Below, piece after piece: positions 13,834 to 21,705 of a stretch of 43,543 nt of DNA. The position numbers and the translations under genes were made by a program. Within the stretch, counting starts at the first letter, position 1. Each line of letters opens with the position of its first letter. Below the pieces are notes generated by a model. That model made no database searches and was not told the DNA's origin. It saw nothing but the letters and a program-made list of their open reading frames with translations. The stretch comes from Parcubacteria group bacterium GW2011_GWB1_45_10 (GTDB taxonomy: Bacteria > Patescibacteriota > Minisyncoccia > UBA6257 > Brennerbacteraceae): positions 1 to 43,543 of the forward strand of contig LCKC01000006.1 of NCBI GenBank assembly GCA_001001185.1, read 5' to 3'.

Positions 13834-15213
13834 ATGTTGAAAAAATTCCTCCAAAAACAAATTCCTTTTTCCGCGGCTTTTCTGGTGATTTTAATGGTCA
13901 GTGCCCTGAGCGCTGGTTTGTTTTTCGTTTTCCGGAACAAAATCTACCAGTACCAGCTTTACCTGGTTGACAGTGAAAAACCGAGCTCCATTTTCAACCT
14001 GGAATACGGTTCTTTGCCAAAGATGAGTGAAGAAAGTTTTTTTCTGCGCATCAAAAACCAGTTAATCTCTGATAAAGCCAGCTTTATTGAAGCCAATCTG
14101 TCAGAAATGGAGTTGAAGTTTTTTGACCGGGGCCAGGAAACAAAAAAATTCAAAATCATCGGCAAGGGCCTGGATGGTTCCTGGTGGGAAACGCCGGCCG
14201 GAATCTACAAAATTGAAACCAAAGAAAAAGTTCATTTTTCCTCAATCGGCCAGGTTTACATGCCGTATTCAATGCAGTTCCAGGGAAACTTTTTCATCCA
14301 CGGCGTGCCTTATTATCCGGACGGCCGGGAAACCAATCTGAACTACACCGGCGGCTGCATTAAACTTTTGACCAAAGACGCCCGGGAAATTTTTGAGCTG
14401 AGCAGTCTCGGCATCCCGGTTTTGGTTTTTGAAAAAGATTTCCAGAAAGACGGATTCGTCCATGAAGTCCAGGCGCCGAAAGTTTCCGCCCAGTCTTACT
14501 TGGCCGCCGACCTGAAAAACAACTTTGTTTTCTTTGAAAAAAATTCCAGCTCGGTTCTGCCGATTGCTTCGCTGACAAAACTGATGACCGCTGTCATTGC
14601 CACGGAGTACGTTAATCTTGAAAAAGAAATCGAGGTCACCCAGGCAATGCTCGCACCGACCTCGGTACCGCGGCTGAAGATCGGACAAACCTACAAAGCC
14701 TACGACCTGCTTTTCCCTTTGATGACTGAATCGTCAAACGAAGCGGCCCAGGCTTTAAGTTATTTTCTCGGCCCGCAAATGTTTGTTGAGCTGATGAACA
14801 AAAAAGCCGAATCTTTAGATATGGAGTCAACGGTGTTTGCCGATTCTTCGGGCATCAGCCCGGTTTCCGCGGCCAGCGCCAAAAACCTGTTTTCCCTGGC
14901 AAAATACCTTTATTTCAACCGCCAGTTCGTGTTAAGCCTCACCAACAACTCTATTGATACCTCAGTCTACGGTGCGCCGAAGTTCAGCTATTTATCAAAC
15001 TTCAACAAGCCAGGAAATAGCTCATCAATCTGGAAACAATTTGTCGGCGGCAAAATCGGACTGACCAAAGCCAGCGAGCAGACAATTGTCTCTGTTTTTG
15101 AGCTTGAGCTGAAAAACGAAAAGCGGCCGGTGGCGATTATTGTCCTTGGTTCAAACAACAACTTCAAAGACGTTGAGGAGATAATTTCCAGGATAAAAAC
15201 TTTTTATGAATAA
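13834..15213 (+). CDS. L,D-transpeptidase (YkuD) fused to a D-alanyl-D-alanine carboxypeptidase (S11)
   Basis: 459 aa with an N-terminal TM segment. YkuD motif is HG...(x17)...TGGCIKL. The S11 motifs are SLTK, SSN and KIGLT (a KTG-like variant). Confidence 0.85.
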   Translation: MLKKFLQKQIPFSAAFLVILMVSALSAGLFFVFRNKIYQYQLYLVDSEKPSSIFNLEYGSLPKMSEESFFLRIKNQLISDKASFIEANLSEMELKFFDRGQETKKFKIIGKGLDGSWWETPAGIYKIETKEKVHFSSIGQVYMPYSMQFQGNFFIHGVPYYPDGRETNLNYTGGCIKLLTKDAREIFELSSLGIPVLVFEKDFQKDGFVHEVQAPKVSAQSYLAADLKNNFVFFEKNSSSVLPIASLTKLMTAVIATEYVNLEKEIEVTQAMLAPTSVPRLKIGQTYKAYDLLFPLMTESSNEAAQALSYFLGPQMFVELMNKKAESLDMESTVFADSSGISPVSAASAKNLFSLAKYLYFNRQFVLSLTNNSIDTSVYGAPKFSYLSNFNKPGNSSSIWKQFVGGKIGLTKASEQTIVSVFELELKNEKRPVAIIVLGSNNNFKDVEEIISRIKTFYE

Positions 15214-16444
15214 CCTCAATAAGCTCTCGGAAAACAAGTTTTTTATCTGGGCCTGCGCCGGCATAGTCTTTCTGGGCTTGGCGGCGCTGAAAAACGACTT
15301 TATTTTTTCCAACAGCCTGGTTTCCCGGATTGCCGACCAGGTCCAACCCTCAATCGAACCGCAAAAACTCCAGCTTGACCCAGCGCCCAAAACCGTCAAA
15401 GCGGTTTATCTGACCGGCTGGTCTGCCGGAAACCCGAAAAAAATCCAGGAGATTATTGGTCTGGCGAAAACCACGGAAATTAACGGCGTCGTCATTGACG
15501 TCAAAGATTATCTTGGCAAGGTTTTTTTTGAAACTGAAAGCGAGCTGATAAGAAATATCGGGTCCATCGACCCAAGAATCAAAAACTTCGGCGAACTGGT
15601 GAAAAAACTTCATCAAGAAAACATTTATGTCGCGGTCAGAATCGCGGTTTTCCAGGATCTTTTTCTGGCTGAACGCCGGCCAGAGTATGCCGTGAAAAAC
15701 AGCTTAACCGGCAAAATCTGGCGCGACAACAAAAATCTTGCTTGGGTTGACCCGGGCTCAAAATATGTCTGGGACTACAATATTGAGATCGCCCGTGAAG
15801 CCATCCGCCTGGGAGTTGACGAAGTCAATTTTGATTACATCCGCTTCCCTTCTGACGGCGCAATCAACCAGCTTGAGTATTCTTTTTACAAGACTTCGGA
15901 AAAAACCAAAGCCGAGCAGCTTCAGGAATTTTTTGCATATCTCCACGAAAACTTGAAAGACAGAGGCGCCAAACTTTCCGTTGATTTGTTCGGCTTATCA
16001 ACCATCAACACCGACGACCTTGGCATCGGCCAGGTGATTGAATACGCTTTCCCTTATTTTGATTATGTTTCGCCGATGGTTTATCCGTCGCACTACGCTT
16101 CGGGATTTCTCAAATACAAAAATCCGGCGGCTTATCCTTATGAAGTGATTGACTACTCAATGGAAAAAGCCATTGCCAGAAGAAGCAAGCTTGATTTTGA
16201 ACTCAACCAGGCGACGAGCACGGCCACAACCAGCCTGCCTTACATTAAAATCTCAAGACTGCCGAAAAACACCAAGCTGGCCGAGATCAGGCCATGGCTT
16301 CAGGTTTTTAATCTTGGCGCAGACTATACGCCGGAAATGGTCAGAAAAGAGATTCAGGCAGTTTACGACAACGGGCTTGGCGTTGGCTGGTATTTGTGGA
16401 ACCCGTCAAATATTTACAATCAAAACGCGCTTTTGAAAGAATAA
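15206..16444 (+). CDS. putative TIM-barrel glycoside hydrolase (GHL10/DUF4015-like)
   Basis: 412 aa with an N-terminal TM segment. The block VKAVYLTGWSAG..EINGVVIDVKD is typical of that family, as recalled from memory. Confidence 0.55.
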   Translation: MNNLNKLSENKFFIWACAGIVFLGLAALKNDFIFSNSLVSRIADQVQPSIEPQKLQLDPAPKTVKAVYLTGWSAGNPKKIQEIIGLAKTTEINGVVIDVKDYLGKVFFETESELIRNIGSIDPRIKNFGELVKKLHQENIYVAVRIAVFQDLFLAERRPEYAVKNSLTGKIWRDNKNLAWVDPGSKYVWDYNIEIAREAIRLGVDEVNFDYIRFPSDGAINQLEYSFYKTSEKTKAEQLQEFFAYLHENLKDRGAKLSVDLFGLSTINTDDLGIGQVIEYAFPYFDYVSPMVYPSHYASGFLKYKNPAAYPYEVIDYSMEKAIARRSKLDFELNQATSTATTSLPYIKISRLPKNTKLAEIRPWLQVFNLGADYTPEMVRKEIQAVYDNGLGVGWYLWNPSNIYNQNALLKE

Positions 16445-16472
16445 GACAGCCGTAAAACCTGCCTAAAAAATA

Positions 16473-17198
16473 ATGATAGACAATTATAAAAATGATTTCG
16501 AAAAATTTCTTGCCCATACGGATGAAAAGCAGATTTTATTAGAAGAAATTTCTAAAGAAATAGAAAAATACGGGGCCAAATCATTGTTGGACATCGGAGC
16601 GGGCAACGGTTTGTTGAGCGTTCCCCTTTCAAAAAAAGTTGAAAATTATCTTGCAATTGAATCAAACAAGGGTTTTGCGACAAAGCTGCGCGAAGCCAAA
16701 CTTGAAGTTATTGAAGGTGTTTTTCCCTTAGAAATCCCGGGCGCTTTTGACATGGCACTTGCCTCTCATTCTATTTCGTACGAAAAAGATTCATTCGAAC
16801 CGTTTATTAAAGAAGCGTGGAAATCAGTTAAATCGCGCGGGGTCCTCCTTATCATCACTTACCGCGGCCAAGAGGATGACTGGACGCGGCTCATGAAAGA
16901 CCTGGGTGAAAGCCATGAAGACCACAATCGCATTGGCTTTAACCAGATTATTGAACTCCTGGCTTCTCTTGGCAAAGTGAAAACGCGGAAAGTTATTACC
17001 CGGGTAAAAACAGACAATTTGGAAGATATGATTCAGGCGCTTTCGTTCGTCGCCAGCGACGGAAAACCTGAAAAAAAAGAAAAATTCCTCGAAAATCACT
17101 TACGGTTAGGGAAAATACTTAGCGAAAAATATCAAGATAAAAACGGCTATTTCTTCCCGTTTCAGCATTTTTTCATAATTACCGAAAAAAGCGGCTGA
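16473..17198 (+). CDS. class I SAM-dependent methyltransferase
   Basis: 241 aa with motif I LLDIGAGNGLLS. Confidence 0.8.
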   Translation: MIDNYKNDFEKFLAHTDEKQILLEEISKEIEKYGAKSLLDIGAGNGLLSVPLSKKVENYLAIESNKGFATKLREAKLEVIEGVFPLEIPGAFDMALASHSISYEKDSFEPFIKEAWKSVKSRGVLLIITYRGQEDDWTRLMKDLGESHEDHNRIGFNQIIELLASLGKVKTRKVITRVKTDNLEDMIQALSFVASDGKPEKKEKFLENHLRLGKILSEKYQDKNGYFFPFQHFFIITEKSG

Positions 17199-17292
17199 TT
17201 TATTCTGATGGATAAATCAACCGGACTAAAGTGATTGTGCCTATGGAAGAATATCTACCACCAATGATAGGTATTCCAAATTTCCTTACTAG

Positions 17293-17366
17293 TGCCAGGG
17301 GAGAGAATCGGACTCTCGACCTCGGCGTTATGAGTGCCGCGCTCTAACCATCTGAGCTACCCTGGC
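17293..17366 (-). tRNA. tRNA with CAU anticodon (Met or Ile2; not initiator-like)
   Basis: Acceptor GCCAGGG/CCCTGGC, anticodon loop CTCATAA, T arm GAGAG-TCCGATT-CTCTC (C at position 55). Confidence 0.85.
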
Positions 17367-17441
17367 TTTTCTTCTGTGTAGCGCGCACTCATTTTACCAA
17401 AAAACCAAGTAATTTCCATAAGTTTTTGACAATTAAGTTGA

Positions 17442-17470
17442 TTGTCAAAAGAACGGTTTTCCGATAAAAT
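17442..17470 (+). promoter_or_regulatory. putative promoter of the tRNA-Asp transcript
   Basis: TTGTCA (17442-17447), 17-nt spacer, TAAAAT (17465-17470). It lies inside a 10-bp inverted repeat, TTTTGACAAT/ATTGTCAAAA (17424-17433/17441-17450). Confidence 0.55.
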
Positions 17471-17482
17471 ACAAATACTTTA

Positions 17483-17524
17483 CGGGTGTAGCTCCCGCCG
17501 CCTCCGTCAGCTGACGGATTTGGC
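17483..17524 (+). pseudogene. internally deleted tRNA-Asp remnant plus palindromic hairpin
   Basis: CGGGTGTAGCTC (17483-17494) equals tRNA-Asp nt 2-13. It is followed by CCGCCGC and then the 23-nt repeat CTCCGTCAGCTGACGGATTTGGC (17502-17524). Confidence 0.6.
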
Positions 17525-17589
17525 GGGCGAGCATCCCAAAAACAGAAGTTTTCACCTAAACCAGGTGATAGGCGAAAATATTTAAAGAT

Positions 17590-17665
17590 GCGGGTGTAGC
17601 TCAGTCTGGTCTAAAGCGCTGCCCTGTCACGGCAGAGAACGCCGGTTCAAATCCGGTCACCCGCG
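17590..17665 (+). tRNA. tRNA-Asp (GUC)
   Basis: Acceptor GCGGGTG/CACCCGC, anticodon arm CTGCC-CTGTCAC-GGCAG, T arm GCCGG-TTCAAAT-CCGGT. Confidence 0.95.
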
Positions 17666-17752
17666 CAGTTCGACAAGCTCACTGCAAGCACCAAAAAGTG
17701 TCTGGTTTTTAATACTTTATTTTTAGCAATGCTCGCCCTGAGTTTATCGAAG

Positions 17753-17794
17753 GGTCACCCGCGCCATTTTTCTCCGTCAGCTGACGGATTTGGC
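17753..17794 (+). pseudogene. tRNA-Asp 3'-end fragment plus second copy of the palindromic hairpin
   Basis: GGTCACCCGCGC (17753-17764) is identical to 17655-17666. The 23-nt repeat recurs at 17772-17794. Confidence 0.65.
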
Positions 17795-17811
17795 TTTACA
17801 AACATCAACTT

Positions 17812-17846
17812 AAAAAACAAAAGCAGCCCTGACATAGTCAGGGCTG
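17812..17846 (-). terminator. intrinsic terminator (minus strand)
   Basis: 10-bp stem CAGCCCTGAC/GTCAGGGCTG (17824-17833/17837-17846). On the minus strand it is followed by CTTTTGTTTTTT. Confidence 0.7.
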
Positions 17847-17858
17847 ATATGGTTTTGT

Positions 17859-18135
17859 CCTCGGCGAGAGTCTTGCGACCGGCGCCGAGGCCCAAAGTCT
17901 TTTACCGGCAAACGCCGGGATTAGGCATGATGGCATAAGCCATCAAGTTTAAATGATATCTGATACAGCCATCACGCGGAAGGCTGCACTTTGATATGAT
18001 ACGGATTTAAGTTTTTCATCCTCTGAAATCCTGGTGCCTCCGCTGGCCCGTTGAATTTCTTTAAAGGGTTAGCTCAAAACAATAAGAGCGTCATTTTGAG
18101 CTAACCCTCACGGCGCATGTAAAGAACTTGCTCTG
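17859..18135. ncRNA. candidate structured ncRNA of unknown class (strand unresolved, minus favoured)
   Basis: About 280 nt with no credible ORF, bounded by terminators at 17812-17846 and 18210-18239. Six local hairpins, including a perfect 14-bp stem at 18066-18079/18094-18107. A minus-strand TTGACA lies at 18168-18163. Confidence 0.3.
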
Positions 18136-18209
18136 CTTATATTTTTACAGTTTTCGGCTGATTGTCAAGTTAAGCTTTTGTGGATAACCTGATGGTTTTG
18201 AGACACAGC

Positions 18210-18239
18210 AAAAAAGAGCCTTTTAAAAAGCTCTTTTTT
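18210..18239 (-). terminator. A/T-rich hairpin terminator after rpsR
   Basis: AAAAAGAGC/GCTCTTTTT (18211-18219/18230-18238), flanked by T/A runs, 12 nt after the rpsR stop codon. Confidence 0.55.
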
Positions 18240-18251
18240 GGATTCCACGTT

Positions 18252-18458
18252 TTAGGCCGACAAATACGGCATTAAAGCCATTTGCTTGGCGCGCTTGACT
18301 GCTTGCGACAAGTCTCTTTGGTGTTTGGCGCAAAGCCCGGTTTTTGTCCTTGGTTTAATCTTCATCGAAACCGCGACAAAACGGCGAAGGGTTTCAGCGT
18401 CTTTCCAGTTGACCTCATTGCGGCCGCAAAAATAACATTGTTGTTTAAGGTTTTTCAT
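18252..18458 (-). CDS. rpsR: 30S ribosomal protein S18
   Basis: 68 aa, CYFCG...RFV...KI.PRTKTGLCAKHQR pattern. Confidence 0.95.
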   Translation of the reverse strand: MKNLKQQCYFCGRNEVNWKDAETLRRFVAVSMKIKPRTKTGLCAKHQRDLSQAVKRAKQMALMPYLSA

Positions 18459-18464
18459 TAAAAA

Positions 18465-18926
18465 TTAAAACGGCGGATTGTCTTCCACTGGCCCGTCTTC
18501 CGGCAGATCAATCACCGGGATATCTTCCTGGCTGGATTTTGGCAGTTCCTGGGAAAACTCGTTTTTTGAGCCGGCAAAACTGTCCTGCTCAAAACCGCCG
18601 GCTTTCGGTCCAAACTGGACTCTTTCGGCAATGACCTCTGTCCGGTATTTTCTTTCGCCTGACGGCGCGTCCCAAGACCGGGTTTTTATCCTGCCTTCAA
18701 TCATCAAAAGTTTTCCTTTTTGGACATATTGCTTGCAGATCTCGGCTTGCCTGCCCCAGACAACCACGTTGTGAAACTCGGTTTCTTCCTGCTTCTGCCC
18801 CATTTTATCGTTCCAAACGCGGTTGGTCGCCAAAGGAAAACTGGCGACTGACTGACCTTGCGGCGTGGTTCTCAGCTCAATCTCTTTGACGACGCGGCCG
18901 ATTAAAAAAACTTTATTAAGATTCAT
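18465..18926 (-). CDS. ssb: single-stranded DNA-binding protein
   Basis: 153 aa. OB-fold N-terminus (MNLNKVFLIGRV) and an acidic C-terminal tip ending in PPF. Confidence 0.95.
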   Translation of the reverse strand: MNLNKVFLIGRVVKEIELRTTPQGQSVASFPLATNRVWNDKMGQKQEETEFHNVVVWGRQAEICKQYVQKGKLLMIEGRIKTRSWDAPSGERKYRTEVIAERVQFGPKAGGFEQDSFAGSKNEFSQELPKSSQEDIPVIDLPEDGPVEDNPPF

Positions 18927-19040
18927 CCCGTTAGAAATTTGAGAAAGTTAATTGTTTATTCGCAGAAACCGAGACGACAGTCGGCTTCGCCTTTATTATA
19001 AAAAAGACTCGCTTGTTTGTATTTGAATTTCTAACGGGAT
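18925..19040. repeat. leader element, rpsF-ssb junction copy (15-bp inverted arms, 86-nt loop)
   Basis: ATCCCGTTAGAAATT (18925-18939) is the exact reverse complement of AATTTCTAACGGGAT (19026-19040). The interior shares TTAATTG..ATTCG and TTGTTTGT blocks with the 99-bp copies. Confidence 0.85.
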
Positions 19041-19456
19041 TCATTGTCTAAAATTTCTTTTAGTTTCGTGTCCAGGACTTCTTCTGAAACCTGAACTCTT
19101 TCTTCCTGACGCGGCTCTTTCTGGAAAGACTCGATTTTTCTTGTCAAAGTCCTGAGTTTTCTGATTTTTTTCGGCTTTTTCAGCTCAAAAATCATTTTTC
19201 TCAAAATATTCGGCTCGTACTGCAAAGCTTTTCTGACTCCTTCAACGCTGGTTGAAGCGCCGGAAAACTGAAGTTCGCCCCAAAAACCGGTCTTTTGCTT
19301 TTTTATCGGATAAGCCAGGCTCCGCTTTTCCAGAGTTTTTTCCGTAAGAATTGAGCCGCCCGAATTAAGAATTGCTTGCCTGATTTTTTCTTGGTCTTCA
19401 AGAGGCAGGCTGTCTGTGCCCAGATCTTTCAGCCAAAAACAAATTTCATATTCCAT
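19031..19456 (-). CDS. rpsF: 30S ribosomal protein S6 with C-terminal extension
   Basis: 141 aa. MEYEICFWL..., the standard rpsF-ssb-rpsR gene order, and a charged C-terminal tail. Confidence 0.9.
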   Translation of the reverse strand: MEYEICFWLKDLGTDSLPLEDQEKIRQAILNSGGSILTEKTLEKRSLAYPIKKQKTGFWGELQFSGASTSVEGVRKALQYEPNILRKMIFELKKPKKIRKLRTLTRKIESFQKEPRQEERVQVSEEVLDTKLKEILDNESR

Positions 19457-19497
19457 AACGCAACAATTTTAGCATAAACACTCGGATAAATCCAGAG

Positions 19498-19526
19498 TTG
19501 GCATTTTTCTGTTTTTGTGGTATTTT
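19498..19526 (+). promoter_or_regulatory. putative promoter of 19554..19853
   Basis: TTGGCA (19498-19503), 17-nt spacer ending in TGG, TATTTT (19521-19526). Confidence 0.5.
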
Positions 19527-19553
19527 AAACAGACCAAAGAAAGGAGGCTTGCC

Positions 19554-19853
19554 ATGAAAGCCTTTATTTACATTGAAGGTTGCGGCTTGGTTTCGATTCC
19601 CCAAAAATTTGAGTTCGCCAAAGACTTGGTGATTGTTGCTAAAGGCGGGAAAAATTGTCTTGCGGTGCAAGTCTTGGAGTTCGGCGAAAAAACCGTCAGT
19701 GAAGATAGCGGCCGGCCGGAATTTTTACGGCCAAGCCTTCAAAAAGTTTCAGTTCAACTGCCAAGCCCTGGCAAAAAACTGGCAATTAAGAAGGCTTTGG
19801 TTAAACAAGGCTATCAGAACGTCGTCATAGGGAGGATTGTTTACGCACCTTAA
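19554..19853 (+). CDS. hypothetical protein (99 aa)
   Basis: The ATG at 19554 has GGAGG 6 nt upstream. The ORF ends at a bidirectional terminator. No family recognised. Confidence 0.6.
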   Translation: MKAFIYIEGCGLVSIPQKFEFAKDLVIVAKGGKNCLAVQVLEFGEKTVSEDSGRPEFLRPSLQKVSVQLPSPGKKLAIKKALVKQGYQNVVIGRIVYAP

Positions 19854-19882
19854 AAGAAGTCTCACAAAGCGAGACTTCTTTT
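19852..19882. terminator. bidirectional intrinsic terminator (shared with recA)
   Basis: 12-bp stem AAAAGAAGTCTC/GAGACTTCTTTT with loop ACAAAGC. Confidence 0.8.
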
Positions 19883-19901
19883 AAATTCATCTTGGTTGTT
19901 T

Positions 19902-20957
19902 TTATTCTGTTTCCGAAAGGTCGGTTTCCAGATCAGCCTGCCTGGTTCGGGCGCCCGGTTCCATGATTTTTTCAACAATTGTTTTGACAATCTCCGGATG
20001 CTCTCTTAAAAAAGTTTTTGACGCTTCAATGCCCGTGCCGAGCTTTTGCGGACCAAAAGAGTAGCTCGCGCCGGCGCGGCTGACAATGCCGTACTTGACG
20101 CCGGTATTTATCAAATCCGCCAGATAAGAAATGCCTTCGTTATACATAATGTCAAACTCCGCGGTTTTGAACGGCGCCGCGACTTTGTTTTTGACAACCT
20201 TGGCTTTAACCCGATTGCCGACAATCTCGTCGCCTTTTTTAATCTGCGCCGACCGCCTGACCTCAATTCTAACTGAAGAATAAAACTTCAAAGCTTTGCC
20301 GCCGGGCGTGGTTTCCGGATTACCGTAAGTGCCAATCTGCATCCTGATTTGATTGATAAACACAATCACGGTTTTGGTTTTGGCGACAATCGCGGTCAGT
20401 TTTCTCAACGCGTGAGACATCAGCCTAGCTTGCAAACCAATAAACTGGTCAGCCATCGCGCCCTCAATCTCCGCTTGCGGCGTCAACGCCGCCACTGAAT
20501 CAATCACAATAATATCCAGAGCGCCGGTCTTGACCAGGCTCTCAACAATTTCCAAAGCTTGCTCGCCGTTATCCGGCTGGGAAATCAACAAATCGTCAAT
20601 CCTGACCCCGATTTTTTTGGCGTACTCCGGATCAAGTCCGTGCTCAGCGTCAATAAATGCTGCCCGGCCGCCCCGTTTCTGCGCCTGAGCAACCATATGC
20701 AAAGCCAAAGTGGTTTTGCCGGAAGACTCCGGCCCAAACACTTCAATCAGCCTGCCTTTAGGCACGCCGCCGACTCCCAGAGCAATATCCAGGGAAATCG
20801 AGCCTGTCGGAATCGCATCAACATCAACTTTGCCAACCTCTCCCAACTTCATAATCGCGCCATCGCCGTACCTGGATTGAATGTCTTTGACCAGCTCTTC
20901 CAAAGCTTTTGTTTTCAAGTCTTTGGCTTCAGAAGATTTTGAGAGTTTCTTGGGCAT
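19902..20957 (-). CDS. recA: recombinase RecA
   Basis: 351 aa. Walker [10 protein letters not shown], plus [14 protein letters not shown]. Confidence 0.97.
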   Translation of the reverse strand: MPKKLSKSSEAKDLKTKALEELVKDIQSRYGDGAIMKLGEVGKVDVDAIPTGSISLDIALGVGGVPKGRLIEVFGPESSGKTTLALHMVAQAQKRGGRAAFIDAEHGLDPEYAKKIGVRIDDLLISQPDNGEQALEIVESLVKTGALDIIVIDSVAALTPQAEIEGAMADQFIGLQARLMSHALRKLTAIVAKTKTVIVFINQIRMQIGTYGNPETTPGGKALKFYSSVRIEVRRSAQIKKGDEIVGNRVKAKVVKNKVAAPFKTAEFDIMYNEGISYLADLINTGVKYGIVSRAGASYSFGPQKLGTGIEASKTFLREHPEIVKTIVEKIMEPGARTRQADLETDLSETE

Positions 20958-21036
20958 GAGTTAAGAAAAATTATTCTAATTAACTTAAAGTAGTCAATTT
21001 AATTATAGCAGAAAACAATCCAGGCTTTGCTCTAGC

Positions 21037-21065
21037 TTGACACAGGGGACAATGAATGTTATATT
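21037..21065 (+). promoter_or_regulatory. near-consensus promoter of 21126..21461
   Basis: TTGACA (21037-21042), 17-nt spacer, TATATT (21060-21065). Confidence 0.65.
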
Positions 21066-21125
21066 TAAACACCCGTTCTCTTAGGACGCGAGTTTCATAA
21101 TCAGATAAATAAAAAGGAGGTATCA

Positions 21126-21461
21126 ATGAAACTTTCGAGGCTCTTCGTGAAAAGAGTTCCTGAATACATTGTTTCAAGAAGACCCTGGTTCGGATTTAAA
21201 CAGATCCGCAGCCGCTTTGGTCTCTGGCCAGGAAGAAAAGTTATCATGACAGATCTTGGCGGGAAATTCTCTTTTACCCTCACCTCTTGGCCGTTCAAAG
21301 ATGGAAAAGACTGGTGCGTAAAAGGAATAAAGAAATTCAGAGATGGGGATTTGATGGAAGTGTCTCGCTTCCTTTCTGACTCCAGCATCTATCCTTACGA
21401 TGATGGGAAATGGAACGGGACAAACTATATCGAGCGCCGCTTCCTGCTCTGGCCCTTTTAA
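21126..21461 (+). CDS. hypothetical Trp-rich protein (111 aa)
   Basis: GGAGG lies 5 nt upstream of the ATG, with a strong promoter and terminator. No family recognised. Confidence 0.65.
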   Translation: MKLSRLFVKRVPEYIVSRRPWFGFKQIRSRFGLWPGRKVIMTDLGGKFSFTLTSWPFKDGKDWCVKGIKKFRDGDLMEVSRFLSDSSIYPYDDGKWNGTNYIERRFLLWPF

Positions 21462-21489
21462 AGAGCTGTAACAAAACAGCCAATGATAG

Positions 21490-21513
21490 CCCCGACGTTA
21501 CGTCGGGGTTTTT
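21490..21513 (+). terminator. intrinsic terminator
   Basis: CCCCGACG-TTA-CGTCGGGG followed by TTTTT. Confidence 0.85.
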
Positions 21514-21597
21514 CTGTTCTCATTGCTCTCCCGTCTGAAGCGAATTGCCTTTGCTCAAGAGCATTCTGAAACTGAATTTAAAATTTCTGAGCGAATA

Positions 21598-21651
21598 AAT
21601 AAAAATGACAGGCGTCCTCGCAGCGAAACGTAGGGGGATGTCATTTTTATT
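21598..21651 (-). terminator. hairpin terminator-like element after the rodZ-like gene
   Basis: 13-bp stem AATAAAAATGACA/TGTCATTTTTATT with a 28-nt loop. On the minus strand it is followed by TTTATTTATT. It is embedded in a longer imperfect palindrome (about 21550-21700). Confidence 0.45.
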
Positions 21652-21705
21652 GTTATGAGCGAAGATTAATTTTTATTCAGTTGAAGTTTATGCGAGTGAG
21701 CAAAG

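Noticed and set aside
17502-17524. A c-di-AMP (ydaO) riboswitch fragment, because CCGTCAGCTGAC resembles the conserved CCGNCAGCUAAC
   Set aside because: Only this short block matches. The other conserved ydaO segments are absent. The sequence is a perfect palindrome and is better explained as a hairpin tied to the tRNA fragments.
17729-17938. 69-aa plus-strand ORF
   Set aside because: It spans a tRNA fragment, the palindromic repeat and a terminator hairpin, so it is almost certainly non-coding.
17859-18135. RNase P RNA, tmRNA or SRP RNA in the tRNA-Asp/rpsR gap
   Set aside because: No GAGGAAAGUCC or ACAGAA P4 signatures, no tRNA-like 3' end or tag ORF, and no SRP helix-8 motif (6S was not specifically tested). 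It is kept only as an unclassified candidate.
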